A DNA stretch of 64,000 nt from an uncultured Muribaculaceae bacterium (GCA_964370755.1 CAYJKL010000004.1:1136-65135); one strand, 5' to 3'; shown: positions 29,141-40,163, numbered from the stretch's first letter. A program made the numbers and translations. Notes: generated from the letters alone by a model not told the origin.

Positions 29141-30245
29141 AACATTTAAATTTACTTATTATTGCATCTACGATTTGTTTACTTGCAGTTCCATCTCCGT
29201 ATGGATTTGATGCTTTACTCATACTTGCATACTCTTTTTCATCAGTAAGTAGTTTTTTAGTTTCATTATATATAACATCTGAATCTGTTCCTACTAGTTT
29301 TAGAGTTCCAGCTTTAATTCCCTCTGGTCTTTCAGTTGTATCTCTAAGTACTAATACTGGTTTGCCTAAACTTGGAGCTTCTTCTTGAATACCTCCCGAA
29401 TCAGTTAAAATTATATAAGATTTATTTTGGAAATTATGGAAATCAAATACTTCAAGTGGTTCAATAAGTTTTACTCTATCAGTATTTCCAAATACTTCGT
29501 TTGCTACTTCTCTAACTTTTGGATTTAAATGTATAGGGTAAATTACCTTTACATCTTCAAATTCATCTACTATTTTCTTGATACCTGTAAATATATGTTT
29601 CATTGGCTCACCTAAATTTTCTCTTCTGTGAGCAGTAAGTAGAATCAGTTTTTCATTATCTTTTATCCAATCAAGCTCTGGGTGAGTGTAATTTTCATCT
29701 ACAGTTGTAGCCATTGCGTCTATAGCAGTATTTCCTGTTACGTAAATTATTTCTTCTTTCTTACCTTCATTTAATAAATTTTGTTTACTAAGGTTAGTTG
29801 GTGCGAAATGCATATCTGCAATGCATCCTACCATTTGACGGTTCATTTCTTCTGGAAATGGACTATATTTATCATATGTTCTAAGACCTGCTTCAACGTG
29901 ACCTACCGCAACCTGATTATATAGTGCTGCTACTGCACCAGCAAATGTCGTAGTAGTATCACCATGAACAAGTACTATATCAGGATTTACTTCTTTAATT
30001 ACTCCTTCAAGTCCATTAAGGGCTCTAGTTGTTACATCTGCAAGAGTTTGACCTTGCTTCATTATATTTAAATCATGGTCTGGTGTTATATCAAATGTTT
30101 CTAACACTTGATCAAGCATTTCTCTGTGCTGAGCTGTTACACATACAATACTTTCTATTTCTTTTCTTTTTTCTAGTTCTTTTACTAGAGGAGCCATTTT
30201 AATTGCTTCTGGTCTTGTTCCAAAGACACTCATTACTTTAATCAT
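29139..30245 (-). CDS. wecB: UDP-N-acetylglucosamine 2-epimerase (non-hydrolysing)
   Basis: The N-terminus VFGTRPEAIKMAPLV and the HGDTTT and LTDSGGIQEEAP motifs. Confidence 0.92.
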   Translation of the reverse strand: MIKVMSVFGTRPEAIKMAPLVKELEKRKEIESIVCVTAQHREMLDQVLETFDITPDHDLNIMKQGQTLADVTTRALNGLEGVIKEVNPDIVLVHGDTTTTFAGAVAALYNQVAVGHVEAGLRTYDKYSPFPEEMNRQMVGCIADMHFAPTNLSKQNLLNEGKKEEIIYVTGNTAIDAMATTVDENYTHPELDWIKDNEKLILLTAHRRENLGEPMKHIFTGIKKIVDEFEDVKVIYPIHLNPKVREVANEVFGNTDRVKLIEPLEVFDFHNFQNKSYIILTDSGGIQEEAPSLGKPVLVLRDTTERPEGIKAGTLKLVGTDSDVIYNETKKLLTDEKEYASMSKASNPYGDGTASKQIVDAIISKFKC

Positions 30246-31420
30246 ATCTTACCTTCTTTCTTTATTTTAACTTCTACGTATGGATGTATACATAAAAACT
30301 TTAAAATCTTATTTATTTTTTCATAGTCTTCTTTATTTGTAACTTCAACTATGTTAAACCCGTTTTCCATTCTTGATAAAATTATATCATATATTTTATC
30401 TGTTTTACTAGCAAAATATTTTTTTGCAAATATTCTTATATCTTTTCCTTCATATATAGTATCTTCTATTTTATCTATTTTTATTGTTTCTTTTGAATCA
30501 TGATTTTTGTAAAAAGATAACATGCTTAAATATAATTTATCTTCTTTTTCACTTATTAATTCTTTTAGAATTCCATACACTTTTTCTTTTGGAGTTTTTT
30601 CTTTAATAGCATTTATTTTTATTTTACCTGATAAATTTAGTTTTCTAATTCCTCTTTGTCTTAGTAATCTAAATATTGTTTTTTGAAAATTAAAGTTTTT
30701 AATATGATATTTTCCAAGCAAACTTATAAGGGTTCTTATTTCACCATTAAGTGCACAAAATTTCCCTATATCATTTGATATATAATTAGAATCGTGAATT
30801 CGGTATTTAAGTGCTGGATAATTTACTTTTTTTATATTAGGTAAAATATATGGATTATCCATGTTTATCCAAAAAGGTGTATTCCATGTAAGGTAGTTAT
30901 TTTTTATTTGATTTAAGTAAAATTCTTTTTTATGAACTCCTACATCTCCATATATATTTGCACCTTTATTTAATATTAACTTTGCTGGACTATTTTCATG
31001 TCTACTGAAATTCATAGCAGGCCATAAGCCAGTTATTTCATCTTTCTCATTTATAATAACTAAATCCCCAATAATAGAATCTAACTTTTTGTCTAATTTA
31101 AATTCGTTTACAACTTTATCAAAAAAATCTATACTTGGCACTAAATCATCTGAGTGAAGTATGTATATTAAATCACCAGTGATATGATTTAGTCCATTTA
31201 TTATTGCATTTAATTGGTCTTTATTTTCCTGGTATATGTAACTTATGTCATATTTATTTTCTTTAATAAACTTAGTTATAACTTCTTTTGTGTTATCTGT
31301 AGATCCATCATCCACTATAATCCATTCTATGTTTTTATATGCACTTTTAAAAATAGATTTCCCTGTGTTTATAATAGATGATGCATCATTATATGTTGGT
31401 GTTATAATACTTATTTTCAT
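30242..31420 (-). CDS. Family 2 glycosyltransferase with a C-terminal extension (paralog of 33650..34795)
   Basis: MKISIITPTYNDASS...VDDGSTDNT. The C-terminal LCIHPYVEVK block is shared with the paralog. Confidence 0.85.
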   Translation of the reverse strand: MKISIITPTYNDASSIINTGKSIFKSAYKNIEWIIVDDGSTDNTKEVITKFIKENKYDISYIYQENKDQLNAIINGLNHITGDLIYILHSDDLVPSIDFFDKVVNEFKLDKKLDSIIGDLVIINEKDEITGLWPAMNFSRHENSPAKLILNKGANIYGDVGVHKKEFYLNQIKNNYLTWNTPFWINMDNPYILPNIKKVNYPALKYRIHDSNYISNDIGKFCALNGEIRTLISLLGKYHIKNFNFQKTIFRLLRQRGIRKLNLSGKIKINAIKEKTPKEKVYGILKELISEKEDKLYLSMLSFYKNHDSKETIKIDKIEDTIYEGKDIRIFAKKYFASKTDKIYDIILSRMENGFNIVEVTNKEDYEKINKILKFLCIHPYVEVKIKKEGKI

Positions 31421-31423
31421 TTA

Positions 31424-32926
31424 TTACCTCTTCTTTAATATATTAAATCTTGATGTAAAGTCAAACTGTTTTGTTGCTTTATAAAATATTGTAGTAGCCC
31501 CTACAATCACGAAGAAAAATCCTGCTGAATAACCTAAAAATAATAAAAATGAACTATAGTTAGTTGGTGCTAAGAAGTATATTACAGCTCCAAGTACGCT
31601 TGCAAATATTATATTTTTAAATGCCAGTATGTAGTAATTCTTAGTTTTTTGATTTAATATTTTATTTGTTATTACTCTTGGTTTTACAGCGAAGTCTGCA
31701 ATAATTAGTGAGATAATAGTTGCTAGTAATACTCCAGCAATTCCCATTTCTTGTACTAAAATAATTGATAATCCTAAATTAATTATTATTTCTACAATTA
31801 CGAAGTTTTTAATTAGTTTAAATTTACCTGCTCCAAAAACATATACCTTAAGAGGTAATCTTATTATTTGGTAAAATAAAATAATTGTAAATAAAATACT
31901 AAGAGCATTTGTTACTTCGATTTTACCCTCATACCAAATTGATATAAACTGGTTTATACATACTAAGACACTTAAACTAAGCACTGTGCCTATGTAAAAT
32001 ACAAAGTGATTAAACTCTTTAAATATTTCATAACTTTTTTCTTTGTCAGTTACCATTAAGTTACCTACTGATGCCATTGTTGAACCAGTTATTTTATCTA
32101 TGAAAGTTTTAATACCTTCAACAAAATAATTGTATGTTGTGTATATTACTACTGCAGGCAAGCCTATTACTGTTGATATAATTATTACATCAATATTATT
32201 TGTTAGTAAATTACCTAATGTGTTTACAAATAAATGTTTAACATCTTTAAGCATCGAAAAATCTTTTTTATCTTTGCTTTTGCTTTCAATTTTAACAAGT
32301 TTACTGTACTCTTTTTTATAAAAATAATTAAGTACTATATTTGATAAAATAGAAAATACTACTAAAGATGATACTATTGTTAATAGTCCATTTCCTGTTA
32401 AAACTATTATTATTTCTACTATAGATTTTATTATGTTTGATGTTTGAAAAATAATATTTGGAACATATCTTTTTTGATCCGCTTCAAACATTATTCTTTG
32501 AGGTATTGTTAAATAAAATACTGCTTGACCTATTAAATAAATTATAAATACTAACTGCATATAATGATATTTAAAATCTACATTAGTTATAAATAAATCT
32601 AAGTTATACGAAATTATAATTCCTACTAAAACTATTAGTATTCCTATTACGTTAAATATTGTTCTAGAGGCACTCATTAACGAACTTACTTTTTTACTAT
32701 CTTTTCCTGATAGTGGTTTATATAATCTGTATAATAGTGCGCTTCCCACTCCGCCTTCTAGCAATACTAAGTAAGCTACTATTTGAGCATATAACTGGTA
32801 TAAACCTAAAGCATCTGCACCTAGTAAGTCTATAAAAATTTTTATTTTAAATATACCAAGTATAAATATAATTACTTGAGGAAAAGCATCAGATATAAAG
32901 TTTAACATTACTGTTTTAGTTCTCAA
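31424..32926 (-). CDS. Wzx-type (MOP superfamily) polysaccharide flippase
   Basis: 500 aa with about 14 TM helices and an N-terminal Polysacc_synt-like pattern. Confidence 0.8.
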   Translation of the reverse strand: MRTKTVMLNFISDAFPQVIIFILGIFKIKIFIDLLGADALGLYQLYAQIVAYLVLLEGGVGSALLYRLYKPLSGKDSKKVSSLMSASRTIFNVIGILIVLVGIIISYNLDLFITNVDFKYHYMQLVFIIYLIGQAVFYLTIPQRIMFEADQKRYVPNIIFQTSNIIKSIVEIIIVLTGNGLLTIVSSLVVFSILSNIVLNYFYKKEYSKLVKIESKSKDKKDFSMLKDVKHLFVNTLGNLLTNNIDVIIISTVIGLPAVVIYTTYNYFVEGIKTFIDKITGSTMASVGNLMVTDKEKSYEIFKEFNHFVFYIGTVLSLSVLVCINQFISIWYEGKIEVTNALSILFTIILFYQIIRLPLKVYVFGAGKFKLIKNFVIVEIIINLGLSIILVQEMGIAGVLLATIISLIIADFAVKPRVITNKILNQKTKNYYILAFKNIIFASVLGAVIYFLAPTNYSSFLLFLGYSAGFFFVIVGATTIFYKATKQFDFTSRFNILKKR

Positions 32927-32942
32927 TAGATATTCTCCCTTC

Positions 32943-33647
32943 TTATTTTTTAAATTTATATTTTATGTTTCGATAAAATGAATAAATTGCTATATTTCTT
33001 TTGTTACACATTTTCATTCTTAAAAATTCATGAATTCTATTTTTGAGTGGTGAATTATCAAGCCATGTTCCTAAAAATACATGCACTGTTAGTGAATCTT
33101 TTGACGGGTTACATAAAACTCCTTCTTTGTATACTTTAATTCCAGTATTAAGAAGCTGCTCAATATTTCCTTTTTTACATTTATATTTATCTATTAATAA
33201 TTTAGATACTGATAGAGTATTGTTATCCGAAAACTCAAATTTAATTTCTAAACCATCGTAGTAATCAAGCATATCTTTTATAAACGGATGTTTTTTTTCT
33301 GCACCAAAAACTGCTGTGAATGGATAATCTGGATCTTCATAACCTACAAAGGCTTTGTTATCTAAAAGAGAATCTAGTTTATCTATAACAAAAACATCAG
33401 TGTCTAAATAAATTCCACCTTCATTATAAATTGCCCATGCTCTTACATAATCACTAACAAATGCCCATTTCTTATTTTCATAAGCTTTTTTTACAAATGG
33501 ATGAGAGTTTACATCAAAGTTTTCTTCATTCCACTCTATTATTTCATAATCACTTAAATATTTTTTCCATGTTTTCATACATTTTTCGATTTGCTTAGGC
33601 TTTTTTTTACCACCCATCCATACGTAGTGTATTTTTTTTGGTATCAT
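32943..33647 (-). CDS. GT32-like glycosyltransferase (Gly_transf_sug / capsular synthesis type)
   Basis: IPKKIHYVWMGG, FVSDYVR and GGIYLDTDV (DXD) motifs. Confidence 0.8.
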   Translation of the reverse strand: MIPKKIHYVWMGGKKKPKQIEKCMKTWKKYLSDYEIIEWNEENFDVNSHPFVKKAYENKKWAFVSDYVRAWAIYNEGGIYLDTDVFVIDKLDSLLDNKAFVGYEDPDYPFTAVFGAEKKHPFIKDMLDYYDGLEIKFEFSDNNTLSVSKLLIDKYKCKKGNIEQLLNTGIKVYKEGVLCNPSKDSLTVHVFLGTWLDNSPLKNRIHEFLRMKMCNKRNIAIYSFYRNIKYKFKK

Positions 33648-33649
33648 AA

Positions 33650-34795
33650 CTATTTCCTCACTTCAACTTTTACAAATGGGTGTATACATAACATTTCACA
33701 TATTACTTCCATCTTTTCTTTTTCTTCACTATTTATAACAATAATTTTATTAAATCCTTTTTTCATTTCACTAAATAATTCATAATATACTTTTTCAAGA
33801 TTTTCTTCTACTAATTTTTTATTAAATAATCTCATATCTTTTCCGAAATATACTTTGTCTATTTTATTATTTAATGTAAAACTTCTGTTATTTTCATTTT
33901 TATAAAACTCTACTAAAGAATTTAAATACTCATTTTTCCTATAATTTTCATTAAATCTCTTTTCAATCACAAACTTTATTTTTTCATATTTATTTTTTTC
34001 TTCACACTTATTATATAATGGTCTATATAAACTTTCAAGACCCAGTTTATTAAGAACTCTATATTTTAAATACTGTGCTTTATAAAGTGGTAAATTATAA
34101 TCTTTCATAAGATTTACTAAGGTTCTAAGTTCACCATTTATTACATTTAACTTTCCTATTTCACTGTTAATATAGTTTCCTTCAAAAACTCTATACTTAA
34201 GTATAGGAAATGGAGCATTTTTAATATTTCCTATTTTATTTTTTTTAAAATCTATCCAGTGCGGAGTATTCCATGTTAAATAATTATTTTTTACTCTATC
34301 AAGATAAACTTCTTTTTTATAAAATGCTACATCAATGTATAAATTTCTTCCAAGCCATAAATACTGAAGTGGAAGAATGTATTTTGCATCTTTATATTTT
34401 TTAACTTTTTGGTATCCAGTAACTTCATCTTTTTCATTAATAATTATTAAATCTCCAATAAATGCGTCGCATTCATTTTCTTTCATAAATTTTACTGAAT
34501 CCTCAAAAAAATTATTATTTGGTAATAAATCGTCTGAATGTAATATATAAATATAATCACCAGTAATTTTATCAAGTGATGAAAGAATTGCATTAAGCTG
34601 GTCTTCGTTTTCTTTATAGAAGTAATTTATTCTTTTGTCTTTAATACTATTTACAATTTCTTTTGTATTATCAGTAGATCCATCATCCATAATAATAACT
34701 TCAAAATTTTCATAACTTTGACTTAATAAAGACTCAATTGTTTTAACCAAACTATCTGCATCATTATATGTTGGCATTATTACTGATATTTTCAT
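33650..34795 (-). CDS. Family 2 glycosyltransferase with a C-terminal extension (paralog of 30242..31420)
   Basis: MKISVIMPTYNDADS...MDDGSTDNT. C-terminal LCIHPFVKVE block. Confidence 0.85.
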   Translation of the reverse strand: MKISVIMPTYNDADSLVKTIESLLSQSYENFEVIIMDDGSTDNTKEIVNSIKDKRINYFYKENEDQLNAILSSLDKITGDYIYILHSDDLLPNNNFFEDSVKFMKENECDAFIGDLIIINEKDEVTGYQKVKKYKDAKYILPLQYLWLGRNLYIDVAFYKKEVYLDRVKNNYLTWNTPHWIDFKKNKIGNIKNAPFPILKYRVFEGNYINSEIGKLNVINGELRTLVNLMKDYNLPLYKAQYLKYRVLNKLGLESLYRPLYNKCEEKNKYEKIKFVIEKRFNENYRKNEYLNSLVEFYKNENNRSFTLNNKIDKVYFGKDMRLFNKKLVEENLEKVYYELFSEMKKGFNKIIVINSEEKEKMEVICEMLCIHPFVKVEVRK

Positions 34796-34803
34796 TCACT
34801 CAC

Positions 34804-35919
34804 CTATAAACTTTCTATAAATAAAAACCACTCTTCGCTTATACTTTCCTTTGTATATTTTTTTATATACTTTCTTGCATATTCACCAAGTGAATTTCTT
34901 AAAGATTCATTTTCCATTAACTCTTCGATTTTTTCTTGCAATTTATCGTAATTTCTTTCTTCAAGTAAAACGCCATTTTTATTATTTTCTATAATTTCTG
35001 TCACACCTTTTGCATCACTAAACGCTATTACAGGAACTTTATAACTCATTGCTTCTATAAGTACTAGACCAAATGATTCTGATTCACTTGGTAGCACAAA
35101 TAAGCTAGTATCTAAATATAATTTTTCTAATTCTTCTTTAGATTGATAACCTAAAAAATTTACTCTTTTTTCTAAGTTATGTTCTTTAGCTAATTTCTCA
35201 AGAGATTCTTTTTCTAATCCATCTCCTGCTATGTTTAATGTATATTTTGTATTCATTTTTGCAAAAACTTTTATTAACTCATCTATTTTTTTTACTTTCT
35301 CGAGTCTTCCGACACTAAGTATATTATTTGATTTTAAATTACTCGTTTTTTCAGGATAGTTATCTAGCATATGCGAAATATATTTTATTTTAGTATTTTT
35401 TAAAAGCGGTTTATAAAAATCATATAACTCTTTTGATACTGGCATAAAATAATCAATATTATCTAGTGAACTTATTAAACCATTTATATATTTTTGATTA
35501 TTATTATGGTGGTTATGGTCACTTGCAATTTTGATTATGTTTTTACTTGCGTACTTTCCTATTATTTCATTGTGTATTTCTCTTGTTGTAATTATAATAT
35601 CAGATTCAATATTTTTTGCAGCTTTTATCATTGTACTTTTTTTAACATATACAATATGCATTGCTTTTATAAATTCTTTTATCATCTTAAGTATATTTTT
35701 ATTATTTTTAGCTTCATAAAAACTTTTTTTATTTGGTTTAAGTTTAGTTAAATATTTGATTTTAACTTTATCACTTATTTTATATGCAGGCTCTCCTAGT
35801 TTATAAGTTGCTATAATTTCTACATCATATTTTTCACTTAATATATTTGCTAAATTACTTACATAATTTTCAATACCTCCGTGAGATAAGTGAAGTGCAA
35901 TTATTGTTATTTTTTTCAT
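34804..35919 (-). CDS. GT4 (GT-B fold) glycosyltransferase
   Basis: C-terminal ESFGLVLIEAMSYKVPVIAF motif. Confidence 0.85.
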   Translation of the reverse strand: MKKITIIALHLSHGGIENYVSNLANILSEKYDVEIIATYKLGEPAYKISDKVKIKYLTKLKPNKKSFYEAKNNKNILKMIKEFIKAMHIVYVKKSTMIKAAKNIESDIIITTREIHNEIIGKYASKNIIKIASDHNHHNNNQKYINGLISSLDNIDYFMPVSKELYDFYKPLLKNTKIKYISHMLDNYPEKTSNLKSNNILSVGRLEKVKKIDELIKVFAKMNTKYTLNIAGDGLEKESLEKLAKEHNLEKRVNFLGYQSKEELEKLYLDTSLFVLPSESESFGLVLIEAMSYKVPVIAFSDAKGVTEIIENNKNGVLLEERNYDKLQEKIEELMENESLRNSLGEYARKYIKKYTKESISEEWFLFIESL

Positions 35920-37316
35920 ACTGCATCTCCTTTTTTTAATCTATTATAAAGTAGTATTATAATAAATGCTAAATAAGTGCTTACTGCTGGGGCTGATAAT
36001 ACATGACCTGCTACTAATGCTGAAACTAATGCTATTCCTACTGAGAAGCCTAAAAATAAAACTTTAGCATCTAATAATATTTTAATATTTTTTATTATAT
36101 CTTTAATAATAACGATAAGAATAAATATAAGTGGTGCAAAATAAATTATAAATCCTATAATACCTTGGCAAAATAATATATCAAAATAATCCATTTCAAC
36201 TAATTTGAGCGGAGATATTGTTTCTTTATCAACATAACCTATTCCAAATAGTTTTTGAATGTTATCACTATTTTCATATTTTTGTTTATTTACTTCTAAA
36301 AGCCAATCTCTTCCGCTTAATATGTTACTTGTTAATGTAGATGGAACATAATCATCTGGCACTACTACATCTGGAGAAGTTGTTTCTATTTCATCATTTG
36401 ATAGACTTATTACTGGAGTGCTTATTACTCCACTAAAATCTTTTTTAGGTGTATAAATATCTTCAAATGGTGTTATATTTAAGTTTTTTCCTATTGGTGT
36501 AAACCCTATTAATAAACCAATTGATATTACTATTATGAAAAAACTTGCTATTTTAAAGTTGTATTTTTTTTCTTTAGTTTTAACTCTATATATTATACTG
36601 GTTATTAGATAAATAGTTAGTAGTGAGCATAAACCTAAAAATGGTACTTTAGTTCCAAGTTCTAGCGCTGCATATATATATAATATCAACGCTACTAATG
36701 TGTAAATATTTTTTCTAGAAAACTTATTGTCAGCTTTTAAAACTTTGTAGAATAAAAATGATGCAAGAATTGTTATCGTTATTCCTATTTCGTTTGCTGC
36801 ATAATACAATCCTACTGTGCCAAGACTTAACCCTGTAATGTAACTGTTATAGGCAATACCTAGTATTCTTGCTAAAAATATTACAAGAGTGTAACCAGTA
36901 AGCGATATAACAAATGCTCTTTTGTTAATACTTATTTTGTTTTTTAGATTTATAAAATATAAAGATATTAATATTACTGGAAAATAAAATGTTTTTATTA
37001 AACCGTTTAAATGTGTTGTAAAATAAGTTAGGCCTGTACTGTTATACTGTACATATAAAAATATCAAGGCATATAAGCCTATTAGTCCATATATAAGTAA
37101 TTCTATAAATTTATGTTTTCTTGAACTTATGATAAAAGCATAAAGTGCAAATGAAATCATTAAAAGCGTTCTAATTAGCATACCTAAACTAAAATCACCA
37201 TCAGTGTTTCTAGCATATAAAGATGTAATTAAATCTATTACTGGTTGCACACATATATATATGTATAAAAGAGTGCTGAAATCAAAACTTAGTTTGTGCT
37301 TATTTATTGCCTTCAT
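35916..37316 (-). CDS. O-antigen polymerase/ligase-like (Wzy-type) polytopic membrane protein
   Basis: 466 aa with more than 10 TM helices and one large loop, placed in a Wzx-containing operon. Confidence 0.6.
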   Translation of the reverse strand: MKAINKHKLSFDFSTLLYIYICVQPVIDLITSLYARNTDGDFSLGMLIRTLLMISFALYAFIISSRKHKFIELLIYGLIGLYALIFLYVQYNSTGLTYFTTHLNGLIKTFYFPVILISLYFINLKNKISINKRAFVISLTGYTLVIFLARILGIAYNSYITGLSLGTVGLYYAANEIGITITILASFLFYKVLKADNKFSRKNIYTLVALILYIYAALELGTKVPFLGLCSLLTIYLITSIIYRVKTKEKKYNFKIASFFIIVISIGLLIGFTPIGKNLNITPFEDIYTPKKDFSGVISTPVISLSNDEIETTSPDVVVPDDYVPSTLTSNILSGRDWLLEVNKQKYENSDNIQKLFGIGYVDKETISPLKLVEMDYFDILFCQGIIGFIIYFAPLIFILIVIIKDIIKNIKILLDAKVLFLGFSVGIALVSALVAGHVLSAPAVSTYLAFIIILLYNRLKKGDAV

Positions 37317-37382
37317 AATATCCTCTCAAATTTAACTATTTCTACTATATAGAATATCATATTTTGATGTTTATTGCAAATT

Positions 37383-37407
37383 AAAGGCACCAAATTTTAG
37401 TGCCTAA
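37383..37407 (-). terminator. Terminator separating the tagA/tagO unit from the Wzy unit
   Basis: AGGCAC / GTGCCT stem followed by a T-rich tract on the minus strand. Confidence 0.55.
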
Positions 37408-37880
37408 TTATTTATATATTCTTCTATATATTTTATCATTTTACCTGTATTACTTTTATATTTAGCAGGCTTAAATTTTCTTGCTTCATTTATAACTTCA
37501 CTAATTTTATTAAAATTACTAAGTTCTAAAATATAACCATCTCTTTTAAACGTTTCTATTATTTGTTTTTGATGATCATTTGCATGTTCTTTATATTTTT
37601 TTAGTCTTGCTGCTGCAATAACTTTTTTATTATTTTTAAGGCCTGTAATAATTGAGCCTACTCCACCATGAGTTATTAATATATCACATGTAGATATAAA
37701 TTTACTAAATTCATCATATGGAATTAAATCAAGTATTTTCATATGCTCAGAAGTGAATTCAGTAGTACCTGCTTGCACTACTACTTCTTCTGTTATATTA
37801 CCTGCTATAATTTCTTTTTCAAGCGCTTCTAAAAGTCTTACAAAGCTTTTATCTTGCGTTCCAAGTGTTACTAATATCAT
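37404..37880 (-). CDS. Alg13-like (PssE/Cps14G family) glycosyltransferase catalytic subunit
   Basis: MILVTLGTQ...HGGVGS pattern of Glyco_tran_28_C. Confidence 0.8.
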   Translation of the reverse strand: MILVTLGTQDKSFVRLLEALEKEIIAGNITEEVVVQAGTTEFTSEHMKILDLIPYDEFSKFISTCDILITHGGVGSIITGLKNNKKVIAAARLKKYKEHANDHQKQIIETFKRDGYILELSNFNKISEVINEARKFKPAKYKSNTGKMIKYIEEYINN

Positions 37881-37889
37881 ATTACCACC

Positions 37890-38363
37890 TTAATATATCC
37901 AGCCAATGCATTTGGCTTCTGGGTATAAATCAAGCATACTTTCCCACTGTACTATGAATAAATCCGCAATGGGGTAAACAAATGAACCTGATAATGTTTT
38001 TGATGTTTGATTAGCAAATGTTTCAATAAATATAACTCTTTTTCTGAATAATTTTGCTATATAACACATCGGTACTCCAGTATGTGAACCAGTAGTAATT
38101 ATTACTTCTGGTTTAATCTTTAAAAATATAAAGAATGATTTTATACAGTTATATGGAAATTTGAAAAGGTATGAAAAAAAGTGATGTTTGCTTCCAAATA
38201 CTAAGAATGATACTTTGTTTTCAAATTTTTTCAAAAGCGATAAATTTGCTTTAATTTTTTCTGTAACTAGATAATAATCATAATCTTTGAACATTGGTTC
38301 TAGCTGCATAAGCTCATTTAGATGACCACCTGCACTTGCTATAAAAAGAACTCTCTTTTTCAT
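37890..38363 (-). CDS. Alg14-like (PssD/Cps14F family) glycosyltransferase membrane subunit
   Basis: FIASAGGHLNELMQL motif. Paired with the Alg13-like gene. Confidence 0.8.
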   Translation of the reverse strand: MKKRVLFIASAGGHLNELMQLEPMFKDYDYYLVTEKIKANLSLLKKFENKVSFLVFGSKHHFFSYLFKFPYNCIKSFFIFLKIKPEVIITTGSHTGVPMCYIAKLFRKRVIFIETFANQTSKTLSGSFVYPIADLFIVQWESMLDLYPEAKCIGWIY

Positions 38364-38371
38364 AACTCCTC

Positions 38372-39448
38372 CTACTTTAATTTTTTGTTTTTTGATTTTT
38401 CTTCTTTTGCTTTAAATAATATATTTGTTTTAAGCACTAAGAATAATAACATAATCATTAAGAATATGTATATTATTAGTGCAATTTCACCGTCACCTAT
38501 AACATAGAATATTGATACTGCAGAAAAGCAAATATTAATACAATATATTAGTATTACTGTTACTCTTGTTGAAAATTTCATTTTTAGAAGCTGATGATGA
38601 AAATGATCTTTATCTGGTGCTCCTATTGATTCGCCTTTAATAAGTCTTCTTCCTATTGCTAGTAGTGTATCAACTATTGGTATTGATAAAATTAATATTG
38701 GCACTAAAAGTGATGTAAGTGTTGCTGTTTTAAATCCAAGAAGTGATATTACTGCTATCATATATCCTAAAAATAAACTTCCTGAGTCCCCCATAAATAC
38801 AGATGCTGGATTAAAGTTATAAACTAAAAACCCAAGTGTTGAACCAAGCATTATTACTGCAAGTATAACATCTAGTCCGTTTAGCTGATTAAGAATAAGT
38901 GCTATTATTGCGATGGTCGCAAAATATATTGATGAAACACCAGCTGCAAGTCCATCTAGACCGTCTATTAAATTTATTGCATTTGTAATTGCTACTATAA
39001 AAAATATGGTTATTATATGTGTTACTGATTCTGGAAATACAAAATCAAAACCTAGTATACTTATATCTGTTAAAAGCATATTTCCATAAAATACTATAAT
39101 ACAAGCAGCTACTGTTTGAACAATGAATTTAGGTAGTGCCTTAATTGGTTTAATATCATCGAATAAACCTAGCATTATTATTAAAAATCCTCCTAAAAGA
39201 ATTGATAACATTTGCGGTGTTGTATCTGCAAAAAACATATAACCTACTACAAATGCTCCAAATATTCCAAGTCCACCCATTCTAGGCATTGGTTTTTTAT
39301 GAACTTTTCTTTCATTTGGAATATCTATAGCACCTGTATGGTGTGCTACTTTTTTTGCAATTGGTACTAATACTAAACTGCTTATAAATGATACTAATAT
39401 AATTATAAGTACATTGTGTTCATTAACCATGATATTCATTATATACAC
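38372..39448 (-). CDS. tagO: Undecaprenyl-phosphate N-acetylhexosamine-1-phosphate transferase (MraY/WecA/TagO family)
   Basis: NAINLIDGLDGLA motif and 10-11 TM helices. Confidence 0.9.
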   Translation of the reverse strand: MYIMNIMVNEHNVLIIILVSFISSLVLVPIAKKVAHHTGAIDIPNERKVHKKPMPRMGGLGIFGAFVVGYMFFADTTPQMLSILLGGFLIIMLGLFDDIKPIKALPKFIVQTVAACIIVFYGNMLLTDISILGFDFVFPESVTHIITIFFIVAITNAINLIDGLDGLAAGVSSIYFATIAIIALILNQLNGLDVILAVIMLGSTLGFLVYNFNPASVFMGDSGSLFLGYMIAVISLLGFKTATLTSLLVPILILSIPIVDTLLAIGRRLIKGESIGAPDKDHFHHQLLKMKFSTRVTVILIYCINICFSAVSIFYVIGDGEIALIIYIFLMIMLLFLVLKTNILFKAKEEKSKNKKLK

Positions 39449-39455
39449 TTCCTTT

Positions 39456-40163
39456 TTATCTTCTTAAGAAAAACACTAAATTATATTTTATAAATTTTTT
39501 AATTCTTTTTGGTTCACTTACTATTCTGTATAACCATTCTAAATTTGCTTTTCTCATAAACATTGGTGCTCTTTTTTTAGATCCTGATAATACATCAAAG
39601 GATCCTCCAACACCTATAAAAATTCCTTTTTTAAATTTATGTAAGTTATTATATATTAATTTTTCTTGTATTGGAACCCCTAAAGCAACCATTACTACAT
39701 CTGGTTTAAGTTTAGCAATTTTATTAAATTCTTTATTTTTGGCAGTAATGTATCCATTTGAAGTACCTACTACATCTGCATTTGGATATTCTTTTTTTAT
39801 TTTTTCTCTTAATTTGTTTAATACCTCTGGTGTACTTCCGAATAAATAAATACTCTTTTTATGTTTATCACAAAATTCAAAAAGAGTACTTGTAAGTTCT
39901 ATTCCTGGTAATCTATTTTTTATATTTTTATTATACTTTTTACTTTTTTTAACAACACCAATTCCATCTGGTATTAAGTCTATATTTGGGTCAATTAAAA
40001 TCTTATGCATGACTTTATCTATTTCTCCAGTCATCATAATTTCAGAGTTAACTGTTATAATTAACTTTTTTTCTTTATTTACCAAAACCTTTTCTAGATT
40101 ATTTATATAATCCTCTCTAGTCCCAGTATATATGTTTTCATAATACTTTCTTATCTTATTCAT
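39456..40163 (-). CDS. tagA: WecG/TagA/CpsF-family (GT26) N-acetylmannosaminyltransferase-type enzyme
   Basis: GVGGSFDVLSG..KRAP...LEWLYR pattern. Confidence 0.88.
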   Translation of the reverse strand: MNKIRKYYENIYTGTREDYINNLEKVLVNKEKKLIITVNSEIMMTGEIDKVMHKILIDPNIDLIPDGIGVVKKSKKYNKNIKNRLPGIELTSTLFEFCDKHKKSIYLFGSTPEVLNKLREKIKKEYPNADVVGTSNGYITAKNKEFNKIAKLKPDVVMVALGVPIQEKLIYNNLHKFKKGIFIGVGGSFDVLSGSKKRAPMFMRKANLEWLYRIVSEPKRIKKFIKYNLVFFLRR

